Shown: in pieces, positions 19,990 through 33,800 of the stretch
Numbering within the stretch: position 1 is the stretch's first letter
Layout: each line of letters opens with the position of its first letter
Origin: Trichoplax adhaerens
Taxonomy: Eukaryota > Animalia > Placozoa
Assembly (NCBI RefSeq): GCF_000150275.1
Contig: NW_002060961.1
Coordinates: 391,361-455,360 of the forward strand
Direction: 5' to 3'
Length of the DNA: 64,000 bases
Notes under the pieces: model-generated
Told to the model about the DNA's origin: nothing
Database searches by the model: none
What the model saw: only the letters and a program-made list of their open reading frames with translations
Translations under genes and position numbers: made by a program

Positions 19990-22100
19990 CTTTGCGAAAA
20001 TCCTAAAATAATACAGTACTACAGTATAGGACTGTGTCCCTAAGTGACTCGACTTGGTGCTCTATTGACAAAGATAGTCGCTGACCGCAGTACAGTGAGT
20101 CTACAGTGTACAGTATGTCCACTACAGTATTTTCATTGTTGCTGCCAGGGTCGGGTACGGTACAGTACAGTACAATACAGTACACTGTACTGTAGATTGA
20201 ATCCTAGTACTGTACGGTACAGTACAACTTCTTGGTTTTTGTGAACGGTCAGTCAGTGGTGCGTATCGAATTGTATCCCTTCCATTTTCTCTATAGTAAA
20301 CGCTGTTAAAATTGAAATTTCTTGACCCATTTTGTTGATCAAGATTTGAACATTTGTGTGTCATGTCGATGGTTCAAGTCGATTTAGTTTTAGCACAGTA
20401 AAGAAGTTGAGGTCTTGATGGTTGTATTTAGCTAACTTGGTTTTAGTTTTATTGAACCTCAATGGTTATAAAGGAGGGTTCCTATTGCAAGAAATTTCCA
20501 TTTTAACAGCTTTTACTATGGAGAAAATGGAAGGGATCTCATTTTCATGCCCATCAGTTTAGAGAGTATACAGTACAGTAGACATTAGGGCTTTTTCTTC
20601 TTTCTTTTATCCCACTGCGCTGCGGTGTACTGTACTGTACTGTAGACGGTAAAAGAAAATGCTAGTGTTGCAAATTACTCTACAGTACAGTACGTGTTGT
20701 ACAATGTACTGTACAGAGCAGCCGACCCTCCGAATTATTATCACTACGGCACTGCCCCCGCACACTATACTGTACAGTACTGTACAGTACGGTACAATAG
20801 AAATCAATCAAAGATTTTTCTTCTTTTATGTACTGTACTGTACAGTGTACAGTACACTATTTCTATTTCTTCATGTCTTTGGCTAACAATCAACATGAAC
20901 TACCAGAACTATTCTTGTCAGTTGTCACTGTAGCAGTCTTTTGTACTGTGCACTGTACACTGTACAGTATCGTACTGTAATTGTAAAAAGAAATTGGAGA
21001 GGTTTTCTCTCGCCTACTGGATATTCTTTTCTTTTACCTTTGTAGGTAAAATGAAAGACAAAAAATGGCAAAGCTCATTCAGTGACGGACTACTTAGAAA
21101 AAGAGCGACAATAAGTAGCCTTTCAGTACAAAATAATGTAGAAGCTCATCCATTTTCCGATCGTCTGCTCTACCATACTGCATCAAAGCGAATCTACAGG
21201 CTGTCTTGGGATGTCCATTGGGGACAGTATAGCGTACCGTTGTAGAGATGCGATGCAGCTGAAACAACTAGTAAAATAATCGTCCAGCCTAATTGGACAT
21301 ACGTGAACTATCATTTCCCGACCGTACCCTGTCTTTCTTGATTGTCCTTGGTTCTAGTTACAGTATCTTGCTACGGTATATTGTACTGTAAGTCGACAGT
21401 ATAGGATACAGTACGTGAGTACTGTACAGTACTGTACTGTACAGTCGATTATCGTTCAAATGAGCCATGTTACTGTTGGATACTTTCGGTAGGGAATATT
21501 CACATTTTGCGGGGGACTAAAAGGGCCACTTTACGTCCGTCTCCCTTAACACCGTAACTGAAAGTGTATCCAGTGAAAACTGTGATACCAGGCACGACAA
21601 CTTGATGTACTGTACTGTTATTGTGCGTGGGTTGACGATTTTGGACGAATATTGACTTTCTTCTGTCTTTCAACAAGTCCAAGACGTCTTGAGTAAAGGT
21701 AAAAAAAGAAAACCTAGCTATGATTCGATGAAGATGTCAAGACTTGCTTGTCCAGTACAATGTACTGTACGTCCATTCGTGTTCCAGTGCATTACTATGG
21801 ATTGCTAAATACTGTACAGTACACTGTAAGGGAAGTTGCGGTGAATCACTACACGACCTACAGTACAGTACAATACTGTAAGACCGTGTACTGTACACTG
21901 TACAGTACAGTACAGGATATCAATCATGGCGTCCTGTAAATATTCTACAGTACTCGAAGAAGGCAAAAAGGAAGTGCAACGGACCGACTCCTGACAGACG
22001 TGAAAAGGTCTAGTCAAAAATACAAATCATACAGTACGGTAGAATTGGCAGAAATGACGTGCAGTTTTTTAGGACACTAAGTACAGTACTATACAGTATT
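19990..22100. repeat. Dense (ACAGT/ACTGT)n microsatellite field in the CBP upstream/5' region
   Basis: Many tacagtacagtac and tactgtactgta runs and TACAGTACTGTA palindromes. The short ORFs here are repeat translations (CTVLYS/YSTVQ). Confidence 0.85.
20275..20537. mobile_element. MITE-like/fold-back element, 263 bp with 50-bp terminal inverted repeats
   Basis: Left 20275-20324 atcccttccattttctctatagtaaacgctgttaaaattgaaatttcttg matches the reverse complement of right 20488-20537 (atcccttccattttctccatagtaaaagctgttaaaatggaaatttcttg) with 3 mismatches. No coding capacity; no clear TSD. Confidence 0.72.
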
Positions 22101-23244
22101 AGCAGAGAGAGTCCCTACTATGGGATGAAAATGCCTTTGGTTTTTTAAGGGTTAATCCCAGGCCCTCATTACTGACAGATTGACTGCCATGCAGACACTG
22201 CCACTTACTTTCGGATAGAAAACTCTCTTCCGCTTTCGTTGCAAAACACGGCAGTGCACACCATGATACAGTAGAATATCATGGACTGCAACGACACCAA
22301 TACAATGCAACCACGAAAAGCTAAGAACATGCATACTGTCATTATTATTCTTGCTAAACTTACAGGAACAAATTCAAGTAGTCGAGTATATTCGAGGCAA
22401 AGTGGCTGTAGCTCTTTCAAAGTGTTGCGCCGATAGAGAAAGGTTGCCTACTTCCACCACTACTGTCTGTATTGCTAAGTAATTCCGGTACTAGCACGCT
22501 TTTGGTGACTTGCCCAAACCATTCTATTTCCTAGGCGATGATGCCGTCTGCCTGTGCCAATCGGTATGGACTTGTTTCGCTAAAAAACGTGGTCTTGACT
22601 CCCAAGTAGTTAGAGATCCAGTGTAGCAGATGCATGTAATCGCGATAGTACTCTATCGAGCATGAATGGATCAATACAGCAATAGTGTACAGCTTCCTTC
22701 TTATTCACTTTGAAATTCGAAGACAGTTCTTCTTGCCCAATCCGAAATCTAAAACATTATTTTTTTAAAATCCAATCTACAGCAGATGATGCCAATCAAA
22801 TAATTGTTTACAATAAAAACAATGATTCTACGATTGTATTGAATATTGTATCCGATAGGAAATCAATTTTCTCAATAGGTATGAGTGTATCAGGGAATGG
22901 ATGGTAGGTAGAAATTCACCCCGTTATATCAAGGCTAAACATCAGCAATAAAGGTTAACATTGGTTCAGCCAATCGATATTATGCTATCTTTGCTACTTC
23001 TCGTTTAAAATGAAACTCAGTGGATTTACTGTAATATTGGTCGGAATCCATTTATTGTTGATGTTGTAATCAGATATCTGTTTGGAGTGTTCTACGTAGA
23101 TATTTGATAAATCAACTTCCAATTGAATTCTTCTGACCGTGACTGTTGAATGGGGGAGACTATGGGGCTAGTATAACTTCACATGATGGATAAAAATTAT
23201 CCTCAACATTGAATAGGCTAGTAGTCATACTGTAGACTACTGTA

Positions 23245-23825
23245 GTCTTCACTGCCAATGGGTAACAATAAACTTTTCACAAACAAGTACCAAAGCCATC
23301 GCGGACTTGATTATTCTAGTAATCTTAACTGTTGAACGAGAAAGGAAATGTACTGTATATTGATAGTATTAAGACGATTTGATAGGCTAGACTTCGTACA
23401 CTGCTTTTCACTATCAATTGGTTAGAGCAAACCTTTCACAAGGAAGAATAAAAAGCCATCAATGACTTGATTCTGGTAATCTTGATTGTTGAACGAGAGG
23501 GTGAAATGCAGTTTGTAGTAGGATACAGATTGAATATTATATGAATACTACCGATACAATATAATAGGCAACGCCTCATATACTATACCAGTTTTCACTG
23601 TCAATTGGTAAGAGCAAACCTTGAAATAGAAGAAGGAAAAAGCCATCATTAAGAACTTGATTGCAATACTGACTGTTAAAGCGGAAAGGAATAGGATTAG
23701 TGGGAGAATATAGATTGAATATTCATACTATCGATAGGATTCAACAGACTATTATTCGTATACTAGTCTGCACGGTCGATTAGTAAGAGCAAGCATTTCA
23801 ATAGAAGAATGAAAAGTCCATCATG
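23245..23825 (+). repeat. Diverged tandem repeat, ~3.5-4 units of ~160-185 bp
   Basis: The motif ttcact(g/a)tcaattggt(a)agagcaaacc..gaag(a/g)a..aaaagccatc..acttgatt..gttgaacgag recurs near 23245, 23403, 23590 and 23765. Confidence 0.8.
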
Positions 23826-24150
23826 TGGTTATTAATCGCACTTGCAAAGGAACACATTCATGTTCATGAGGGGCAATCCTATCGAGGGTACTTTTGTTTG
23901 AATCAAATCATGCTCTTGATAAACCGTGATCAAATAATGTTAGCGATTGCTCAGTTTTTATCGCCTGATCACTATAAGCAAAATAGGCATCGTAAGGGAC
24001 CTCTCCATGTAAAATGATTTCTCAAAAATAAAAAAAAATTGATCTATAAAAAATCTTTCATATTTAAGGAATCATTTTTTATCGACCAAGTCCCTGGCAT
24101 TGTACAATCATTTATAGCCTTCCTATAATTTAGCACTTGGATATCAAAGC

Positions 24151-24195
24151 CATGGACTACGAGATACACCCAGATCGTATATCTAGTAGTCCATG
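24151..24195. mobile_element. 45-bp palindromic micro-element (copy 1), CATGGACTAC...GTAGTCCATG
   Basis: Perfect 10-bp terminal inverted repeat flanked by tcaaagc / ccaaagc (candidate target-site duplication). Related copy at 54266-54309. Confidence 0.55.
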
Positions 24196-24891
24196 CCAAA
24201 GCAATTCTCCTCAATCATAGTAAGGCCTGTAAGGATAGAAAGGACCGTTCCAATACGGTATATCTTCATCATAAGTCAATAGAAATGATATTAGGTGCAG
24301 TGTGTACGGAATAGATGTTTATATTGTCAATATTAATTACGTAAGAGTATAATGAATCATTATATCAGAAATATAAATGAATAATACCACCATATGGTAT
24401 CGATAGCGGATTTTATATGTCTAAAAAGTCAACTCATATATACGCGTAGTATAGTCAATAGGCTGTTCTTTCAGTTATAATCTTGTAAGAGTTCAGATAG
24501 GCGTAGAATTTTATAATATTAAACTCAAGTTTTTCTACCTTTTACATCTTGATTACGGTAGCCCTAAACTCGTAATTATTAACACGATAATATGTTAGAT
24601 GCATGCACGAAACTAGAAAACATCTTTACCTAGCTATAGTACCGTGTTGGAATAGGTGTAATTATTATTACAGGGATTTGCTACTGCTTTCGAAACTATC
24701 AAGAGTAGTAGAGTAGGAGCTATCAAAATCACAATATGCAGAATTAACGGACAAATTCTTTTCAATTTAAAATGTACAAATTGTCGATCGAGCCATAAAT
24801 AGCGCAATTACACTTAATGTTAAACCGATCAAAGCTTATAAAGAAACAGAATTAATTGCCATCTAAATACAATAAAATCTATCCGTCCAAG

Positions 24892-27800
24892 ATGAATCTT
24901 CTAATGCTTTTTAGTTATGTCATCGTCAATTGGATGCTTACGGTTACAACAGCAAGAACGCAAGGTAAAATGATAACCAAATTGATTATTAATAATAATG
25001 TCTCATTTATCCGTCAATGATTATTTCAATCCTTATCCATGGATAATTAAACAGAATTAAAAGTAATAATAATTAATATAATTATAGTTTTGTGTTATAA
25101 CATCTTTAATAAGATCAAGTAACGTACTGTAATGAGGTAATGCAAAATACAAAATTTTATCTTTTGATTTTGATATTTTTCATATTTTCCAATTTGCTCC
25201 AACGACGATTGGGTATATTCACAGATGTAATAATTACGCCGCCAAGATATGTAAATGTGTTTTATGAAGAACAATCACCATTAGCTATTAGTCCTAATAT
25301 CGAGCTGACATCATCATCGTCTCAGTCAGCTAATACTTCTGATAATCAAGTACAAATATCGAATGCCACAATAACATTACAATCTACATTAAAGAATATA
25401 ACTCAAAATGACTGTTATTGCAATTCCAATATTTATGGCACATGCGGTGTTGACAGTGCAACCATTACCGATATCCTCGATAATTCAACTATAGAAGGAA
25501 GTATTCAAAAAGAATCTGGTTATTACTCATTTAATGGCAAGGGTAGACTAAAATATCAGCAAAGTTTACGCCTTTATAATCTACCTAATAACTTGATCGT
25601 CTCCATTTGCTTTCGAATTCAATCTAATACCCGTGCATGGTTAATAACTACTGTTGCATCAGATGACAACCTTCTCGTGTACGGATTATATCTGTACGCT
25701 GATCTCAATCGTATTCTATTTCGCTATCGATCATCACAAAATAGCTATTATTCATTCACTTTTAATAATGTCTTACTTGCACATGACGACTGGCATAATC
25801 TGGTCTTAGATATTAGCTATCCAACAGTAACATTAAATGTACACGGTGAGACAACCTATACGAAATCTTACACTCTAACCCAATATATGATTAATAAGGA
25901 GAGTATAATTTATAGTGGCTGTCAATCGGGTAGCAATTTTGATCAATGTCTTTATGGAGATATAGCCAAAGTCATGATGCGAACAGGCGTATTAGATCTA
26001 GCTAAAGTTTCTTTTCCATTGGATATTAATTCTAATAAACGACCAGATGCTCAAGGTATTATCAACTTTGATGGCACTGCATCTAGCGCTATGCTAGTCG
26101 ATCGCCAAGTAACTCCATATCGATTTACAAATTATATGACCCTATCCCTTAAAATCAAACAGGAATTGGGTAATGATGGCGCAATCATCTCTCGCAATTC
26201 CGCTCCAGGTGATCAAATAGATTACACACTTTTATCTCTAGGAAGTCAGGATATCATTGAATTCTGGTACCGAAGTACGCAAGGTTTCAATTTTAATCAG
26301 AAATCAATACTAAAGTACAATTTAACTGAGAAAAACTATGCAATCGACGACGGAAAATGGCATAATTTGACGTTACATATTCAATATCCTAATTCAACAT
26401 TATATATCGACACTATCGTTATTCAACAGCAAATGCAACTTCCAGTCTTAACTAATAGTCAAAACGAAAACTACAACTTACTTTTTGGACAGTATTCGAG
26501 TGAAGTAAGTAATTTCTATCCATTCAAAGGATCACTAAGTCAAATTATAATTCGTCCTGAATATATCACATTAAATCAGATATTATGCTTACAAGCCGGA
26601 TGTCTTGGATGTAAATGTGCTGGTCAGTGCACATTCAAATGCCAGCATCAATTTATTTGTAAAGCAAATATATATCGATATCGATCTTGTGGTATATTAA
26701 AACAAGGGCTGGATATTGGTCAAGCTATACAGCAAACAGCTGAAAATTTACAACAAGATGTAGATAATAGTATTATTTTCAATGGTACCGAGGCATATAT
26801 CGTCTCAAATGCTAGCCAACCTTTGATTCTAGATAATCAATTAACCATTAGCACATGGCTATGGCAACCGATGATTAATAATACAAATCATCGATATATT
26901 TTAACAAAGTCTACAAATGATCAAATAATTTTTGGCCTAAGCCTCGTAAGCAATGATACTGTAATTTTATCTTTTCGTCAGCAGAATGTATCATTCAGCC
27001 TTCAGCAAAGAATAGATAACGAACGTTGGCATCAACTAACTATATCAATCTCTGAAGGCTCTGCAACATTATATATTGATCATGATCTTATAGGTAAAGT
27101 GCTATAGTATCTATATGAGTTAAAAAAATACTAATCGTGTGGATCTTATACCAATTAGAAGGATAGTGTATATTATCCCCTTCATCTTTATTAAGAATTA
27201 TTAATAGGACAGAATTTATATAAGTACATATATTGAATGATTACCCAGTATAAGCAAGTTGACAATGTCTCTATCATGTAGCTTGATCATTTTTCTTAGG
27301 TATCTTCATAATACAATAGTCTATCATCTATTAGTACCTCAAAATAATTCATTTTGACTTGGAATATTAGAAAATGATAGCTGGTAATTTGTTGATGTTG
27401 AATATTAATATTCGTTTTTTACCTTTCAATTCATCCAAATTACAGATAGTCAGTCTATACTTGACAATATTACTGATGATGGTAATGGTGTACTCGTTGC
27501 TGGAGCTTTATGGAATAGTCCCAATGCAATGGTAGGGTATTATACCGGACGTCTGAAAGCTTTAGCATTCGGCAATAAAGCGTCAACAGGTGTTGCAATC
27601 CAATGTTTAAAGACGTGCGGACAACAATTACTTGTAATTGATCCACCAATAAATACGAACAACACAATTATGGCATCCTATGATCAACAAATGGCTAAAC
27701 TAACTTTACAAGGAGATAATATACTGCAAAATTATGCAGATATCATACGTAGAATCTATTATTCTAATAGTTACGAGTCACCAAATCCAATTTCCGCCAT

Positions 27801-30800
27801 GACAGCAGAAATTTTACTGTATCCAGATGAATTAACGCAATTCAATTTGACAAGTTCAACTACATTTACTATCAAACCAGTTAATAATCTAGCACCAATT
27901 ATAGATTTATCTGGGCCTGATATTAATTCTTATGATTATACCACAAATTTTATCGAAACACAACCACCAGTACCTGTTGCATCGTCAGTTGCACGCATAT
28001 TTACAAGGAATCGATTATTTACAACGATGACCACTTTGATAGTGCAACTTATTAACTTTCCAGACGGCAATCATGATCAATTGCTATTTCAATCACGTCC
28101 TAATATTTCTATTGCAGCAAGTGATTTAACGGTTGATATTAGTAACGATTTTCATAATATTAATATCAGTGGACCTTCTACTTTGATCGATTATCAAAAT
28201 CATCTCCTCCAAATTTATTATAACAACACTAGAGATGAACCAACATGTCGATCACGTCAAATTGATTTCTACGCTACGATTAACGATCAGCGCAGCTATA
28301 TCACTTCTGCAAAGGTCTATGTTTACGGCTATAATGATAATAAACCGGTCTTTAACCAAACAAATTACTTAGCCTCCATGGTAGAAAATTCACCACCAGG
28401 TATATTTGTTGTACAAGTCGGAGCAACAGATATTGATGCTTGTCGCGGCAATACTATCAGTTATGCAATTGTTCAAGGCAATGAAAAAGGCAAATTCACT
28501 ATTGATGCTGTTACGGGTTTAGTGACAACAACCCAATCATTTGACTATGAACAACAGTCATCCTATAATTTAAATATTTCAGCTATAAATTACGATGAGC
28601 AAAAGGTATTGCAAGGCTTTACTACTCTATCCATTTCGATCTTAAATATAAACGATAACGGATTTGTGATCAGATTAAATGGGATTCAAGATCCAAGCAA
28701 TTCTCCATTTAATATTACAGGTAAAGAATAGTTTTTCTCTATTTGATTGATATGACTTTATGCTGACATTAATAAGATAATACTAAACTACTGTAAGCCA
28801 TAATAGCATAAGATCAGGAGTCATATGCTGGTAGCCAGAGAAGCCTTCCTATGCCTATTTTGTTACATTTCATTTTGTATCTTAGTCTTTTGATGCTATC
28901 AAATAGATTTGTAGTTGAAATTCTTAGAATGTACTATCGCTATAATAAGTTTAGTGACGACAAAGTAACAACTAGAATATGCCATTTATGCATAGATTAT
29001 TTATTTTACCATTTTCATAATGTTTACTCACGAGAGAAAAATTAAAAGATTTCTACTATAATTTTTAAAATGCTCTCTTTCCAGGATATAATGCTTCTTT
29101 GGACTATCTTGTCATATTCAATGATTCTAAACCTGCACAAGGTGTAGCTGTTGTTGGATCACAATTGGAAATCACTGATGGAGATAGCATTAATCCGTAT
29201 ATTACTTCGATGGATATCATTCTAACTAACATTGATAATTTCGATAATGAATTTCTATTTCTCAATTTATCCTTACTGGAACAATTTGGAATTCAAATCC
29301 AGCTCATTAATAATCGGTTAGATCGCCAAAAGTCTATCTTACTAAGAGGCAATGCAAGTCATGTAGCTTATCCTCAAATCTTAAGAACTGTAATGTAAGT
29401 TATCCTTATATTTTTATAATCGGCTTGTACTATAATTAAAGCAACACATGGTAATCTTTTCTAAAAAATATTACCTGACTACTACAAGCAGAACTCATAA
29501 TATTTATTTGATCTATACAAGCATATTTCATATTGAGGAATTTAGATTCCACCTTAAAGTCATCATAACAGATTATATTGACTATTTTTAACCGTTAATT
29601 TCTTGTCATAGAACTATTTATTTTATAGTTTAATTTCAGATTGACACTAAATGTATTTATTAATATCGATCCAGGTATTATTCCAATGCCACACAACTCA
29701 GTGGAGATGACAGAACGATTGAGTTTTTCGCTAGCGATGGTCAATTTCAGTCTCCGATTTCGCAAACTTATATCAGAATCATCCATAATGATAAATTTCG
29801 CCCTCAGATGATTCTGACCCAAAATAATTTCGTATTTACTGAAAATTCCAAACCTCTTGCTATTGCTTCAACCTTACGTATAACCGATAGAGATTATCCT
29901 TATTATAACTTGACTTCTGCATCTGCGTTTCTTGTCAATCCAGCGGCATCTTGTCTGACCAATTCTATGCTACAACTTTCCTGTCGCAATTCTACGAATA
30001 TCAAGAGGTATTATTTCATATTGAATTTCTCGAGCTTATTTGTAGACATTAATATACATTACAGAATACGGAAAAATCTAATTTAAATAATAATTAATTA
30101 TTTGCTCTATGTCTGCTCTTCTATAGCTGCAACGAAAGCTGTGGTCAGTATCTACAAGTTGATTCCCAAATAGCTTCTGAACTAAGCTTAAATTATAGTT
30201 ATGTTGATAATATGCTCTCTCTATCTGGTAATAAATCACCGTTAACCTATGAAGCTATTTTGAGAACATTAACTTATACTAGTATCGCTATTGAACCTAG
30301 CGGTATTGACCGCCAAGTGCAGATTATTGTTCGAGATGAAGCTTTTACTAGCCTTCCAATATCGATTAATATTAAGATACGCTTAATTAACGACAATTCT
30401 CCCGTAGTGCGGTTAAACGGATTTCAAAGTCAGTCTAGTGTGAATATATCGGGTAGGATTTAAATCGACTTATAAGATTGCATAGCATTAATTTAGCATT
30501 AATCACTTACTAATCAATGCTGTAATTTTCATGGACTATTCTACTTTAGGCTTTCGATCTGATCGAGATTACTTGACTTATTACCATGATGTCTATAATG
30601 GAACTGCCATTGTTAACCCTAGTATAATTGGCCTTATCGGTACCAATGCTACAATTTCTGATTTAGATAGCCAATATCAAGTACGAAATTATATTGTTAA
30701 TACTACCATCAAATTAATGGAAATTGAAAATATCGGGAAAGAGCGTTTAATCACAAGTAACAGTATTCCAAGCGGTTTTACTTTGAGTTATCCGCCAAAT

Positions 30801-33800
30801 ACCAATTATAACCAATTTCATATTAGTGTCAATGGTAATGGTAGCCACAGCGAATATTTGCAAATTTTTCAACTTTTCCGGTAAGTTATTTCGTTACGAG
30901 AGAAGTAGAGTATATTAATGATTCTATAGCATACACGGGATCATAGTTCCACATGAGTAGATTGATTAAAATGCGCATCGGTAGCTGTCGATCAATAATT
31001 TATAAATTTATTTGCTAAGTCGATACCACAAATATTGCACCAAGTGGATATCTAACGTAAGCCTAGATAAAAGTAATATCATTTTATTATAACAGAGATT
31101 TTATTATCGCATTTACAAGAGTGTTATTTGATAATTTTATAGTATTAATAGGCATTTATAAGTGATATTTACACTTGTGATTCAAATTGAAAATAACATA
31201 GCTTTCAAGTTTATGAGTTATTAAACTCTAAAGTATGCAACGTACTTAAAATCTTGATTAGATTAATATTGTTTTCCTACTTAAGCGTAGAAGCGCCATT
31301 AATGTCTCTGCTGTTAATGCTTGTATATATAATAGGTATCAAGCAATAGCTGCTAATCCTCTTGCAGGGTTTCAACGAACTATTTCATTTACTGTTAATG
31401 ATGGTCGGCAGGAATCCTTACCTTCATTTACGTATATCCGACTAATTCATTACGATAAACTAAGGCCTACCATAACGTTGACTAAAGCTCGATGGACGTA
31501 TACACAGAATGACCAACCTTTACCTATTGCAGAAGGTATTATTATCGCTGATCTTGACCAGCCCGAATTTCTACTGGAGGAAGCTGTTGTTGAATTGGTT
31601 CATCCTCTATCACATTGTAGCCATCCTCTCGCTATTGAATATGGTTGCCGGAAGCAATTTGATAATCAAATTGGACGACATTGCGATGGCTTAAGCGTTA
31701 ACGCTCAAATTGGATTATGCATTCTTAGTTGTGGTCAGTATTTATCTATAAATTCAACTCACGTAAAAAATTTACCTTCGTCTTCATCTTCTATAAAAAT
31801 TATCAACGAAACACCAACTCGACTACTTATCAAGGGAAACGGAACATCTATAGAATATCAACAAATATTATCAACACTAACGTTTACCGACTATTCTAGT
31901 GAATTGAAAACATCAAGTAGAAAGATTCAGATCTCTCTTCGTGATACAGTTGCGTTTAATACACCGACTAGCATCACTGTTGATGTTGTTAATAATGATA
32001 ATCATCGGCCCTATGTACGTTGTAATCGCCGTACATTTTCTTTACTGCCAACTGCATCACGAGCCCTTGCAGTTGGTCAACTTGGGCCTATGGCTATTAT
32101 TAATCCATCTCAACAGTTAATATCAGAAATTACCATTACTTTAACCAATATAGCAGGCCTTGATCAAGAGGATATTTCTATTATAACGCCTGGCAATGTG
32201 AATGTAACCCATTCAAGGAGAATAGTTTATAACATCACAGGCCAAACTACAACGTATGATCAAATTATTAAAACTTTAACCTATACGAATGATCAAGCGA
32301 ATTTGCAGGCTGGTTGTCGTATAATTACTGCAACTTTAGCGGATCAACTTGGGAACACTGGTATTCCTCTTGATATTTTTATATCGATAATTCCTTATCC
32401 AACTAGTTTATTAGCGATTGCGTTCAATCATAGTACTGATTTAAACTATTTTCCGTTTAAATTCAATCGCATGTATTTCGTATTGCAGACCGGACTACGT
32501 ATAGTTAATACGGTAGCCAATGCATCGATTGAATCGATCCCTATTGCAGGAATTACGATCAAATTAAGTGGGTCATCGCTTACTAATCATGATTACATTC
32601 GTCTTGATCAAGGCTTAATTAGGCGATTTGGTTTAACATTATCCGAATCAAGTAAGTGTAATAAAATTCTGTAAAATTGCTCTAGTTCTTGGATTCAATT
32701 AAAGTAAAATATCTTAGATATGCTATTGCTAAGTTAAGTGATTCTATTGAGTACACAATTGCGGTGTACCATAGATTCGATAAGATCAGTTATAGGAATG
32801 AGATCTATAAATTTGATATAAGCTATCATTAACAACTAAAATAGCTGCCTTACGATTTTATTATTCGCATTTTAATTTTTGAATATCGCACCGGAATCAG
32901 TTCTATAAATTTTATATAGGTTATCATTCAGAATTAAATTTCCGTCCTATGATTTTATTATTCGCATTCCAATTCTTGACTAGTGTACCGAAATCAGATC
33001 AGTATTATTAATGTTCACTTTCGATTTACAGGTGATACCTATCACATAAATATTACTGGTATTGCAATAGCTAGGGACTATCAACTTGTCTTGCAATCAC
33101 TTTATTATGTCAATAATGCTACTATCAATGTCCCACCGGAATATCGTTATATCAATATGGCATTGCAGAATATTAACGGTAGCATCCAGGAAGCACAAGT
33201 GATCAATATCTTTGTCCATCCGATTCATTTCTATTTAACTTGCCCTGAATCAATAACCTTCATTATTCAAGTCACACCGCTACCATTTTATCCACTTCGA
33301 CTCGTTCGCTTTCGTTCCGAATTAGGCGACCATGATATCTTAACGAATGCAACAGTCGAATTACAGGCTTATCCTAATACTGGCGGTAGATTAATTTATA
33401 ACGGAAATGATTCCACTGGATTGGAGATTATGCAAGAGGGTTCATTTACCTACTACCGAGTAAGTTATAATTAGTTTCTCTATCCTAATTTAAGTAAAAG
33501 TAAAATAGAGTAGTGTATTATATAGATCTTGAAGTTTTCAATTCGTTGGCGAGTAATGGATAATTTTATCGATTTCATAAAGTCTCTAATTATTTCATAT
33601 AATATTTTCTTCAAGAATATTCTATCGCAGGTGATGTATAGCAATAATTGGCCTTTATCTTCTTTAACTGAGCAAAATTTAACCTTTACTTTATCAAAAA
33701 AATTCCAAACACATTCATGCACTATACCTATGAAAATTACCCGACCTTACTCCCCCTACGTTGATTTAAATGGTCCTTCAAAAATTGGAAACCATTTTGC

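Noticed and set aside
22150-22520. Minus-strand exon-like segments with gtaagt donors upstream of CBP
   Set aside because: They could be CBP 5'UTR exons, but the implied intron is only ~41 bp and no recognisable protein results; not supportable without RNA data.
27870-32400. Horizontal transfer of bacterial adhesin-type repeats
   Set aside because: Similar repeats occur in bacterial adhesins, but here they are intron-interrupted, match host composition and are explained by calsyntenin-type homology.
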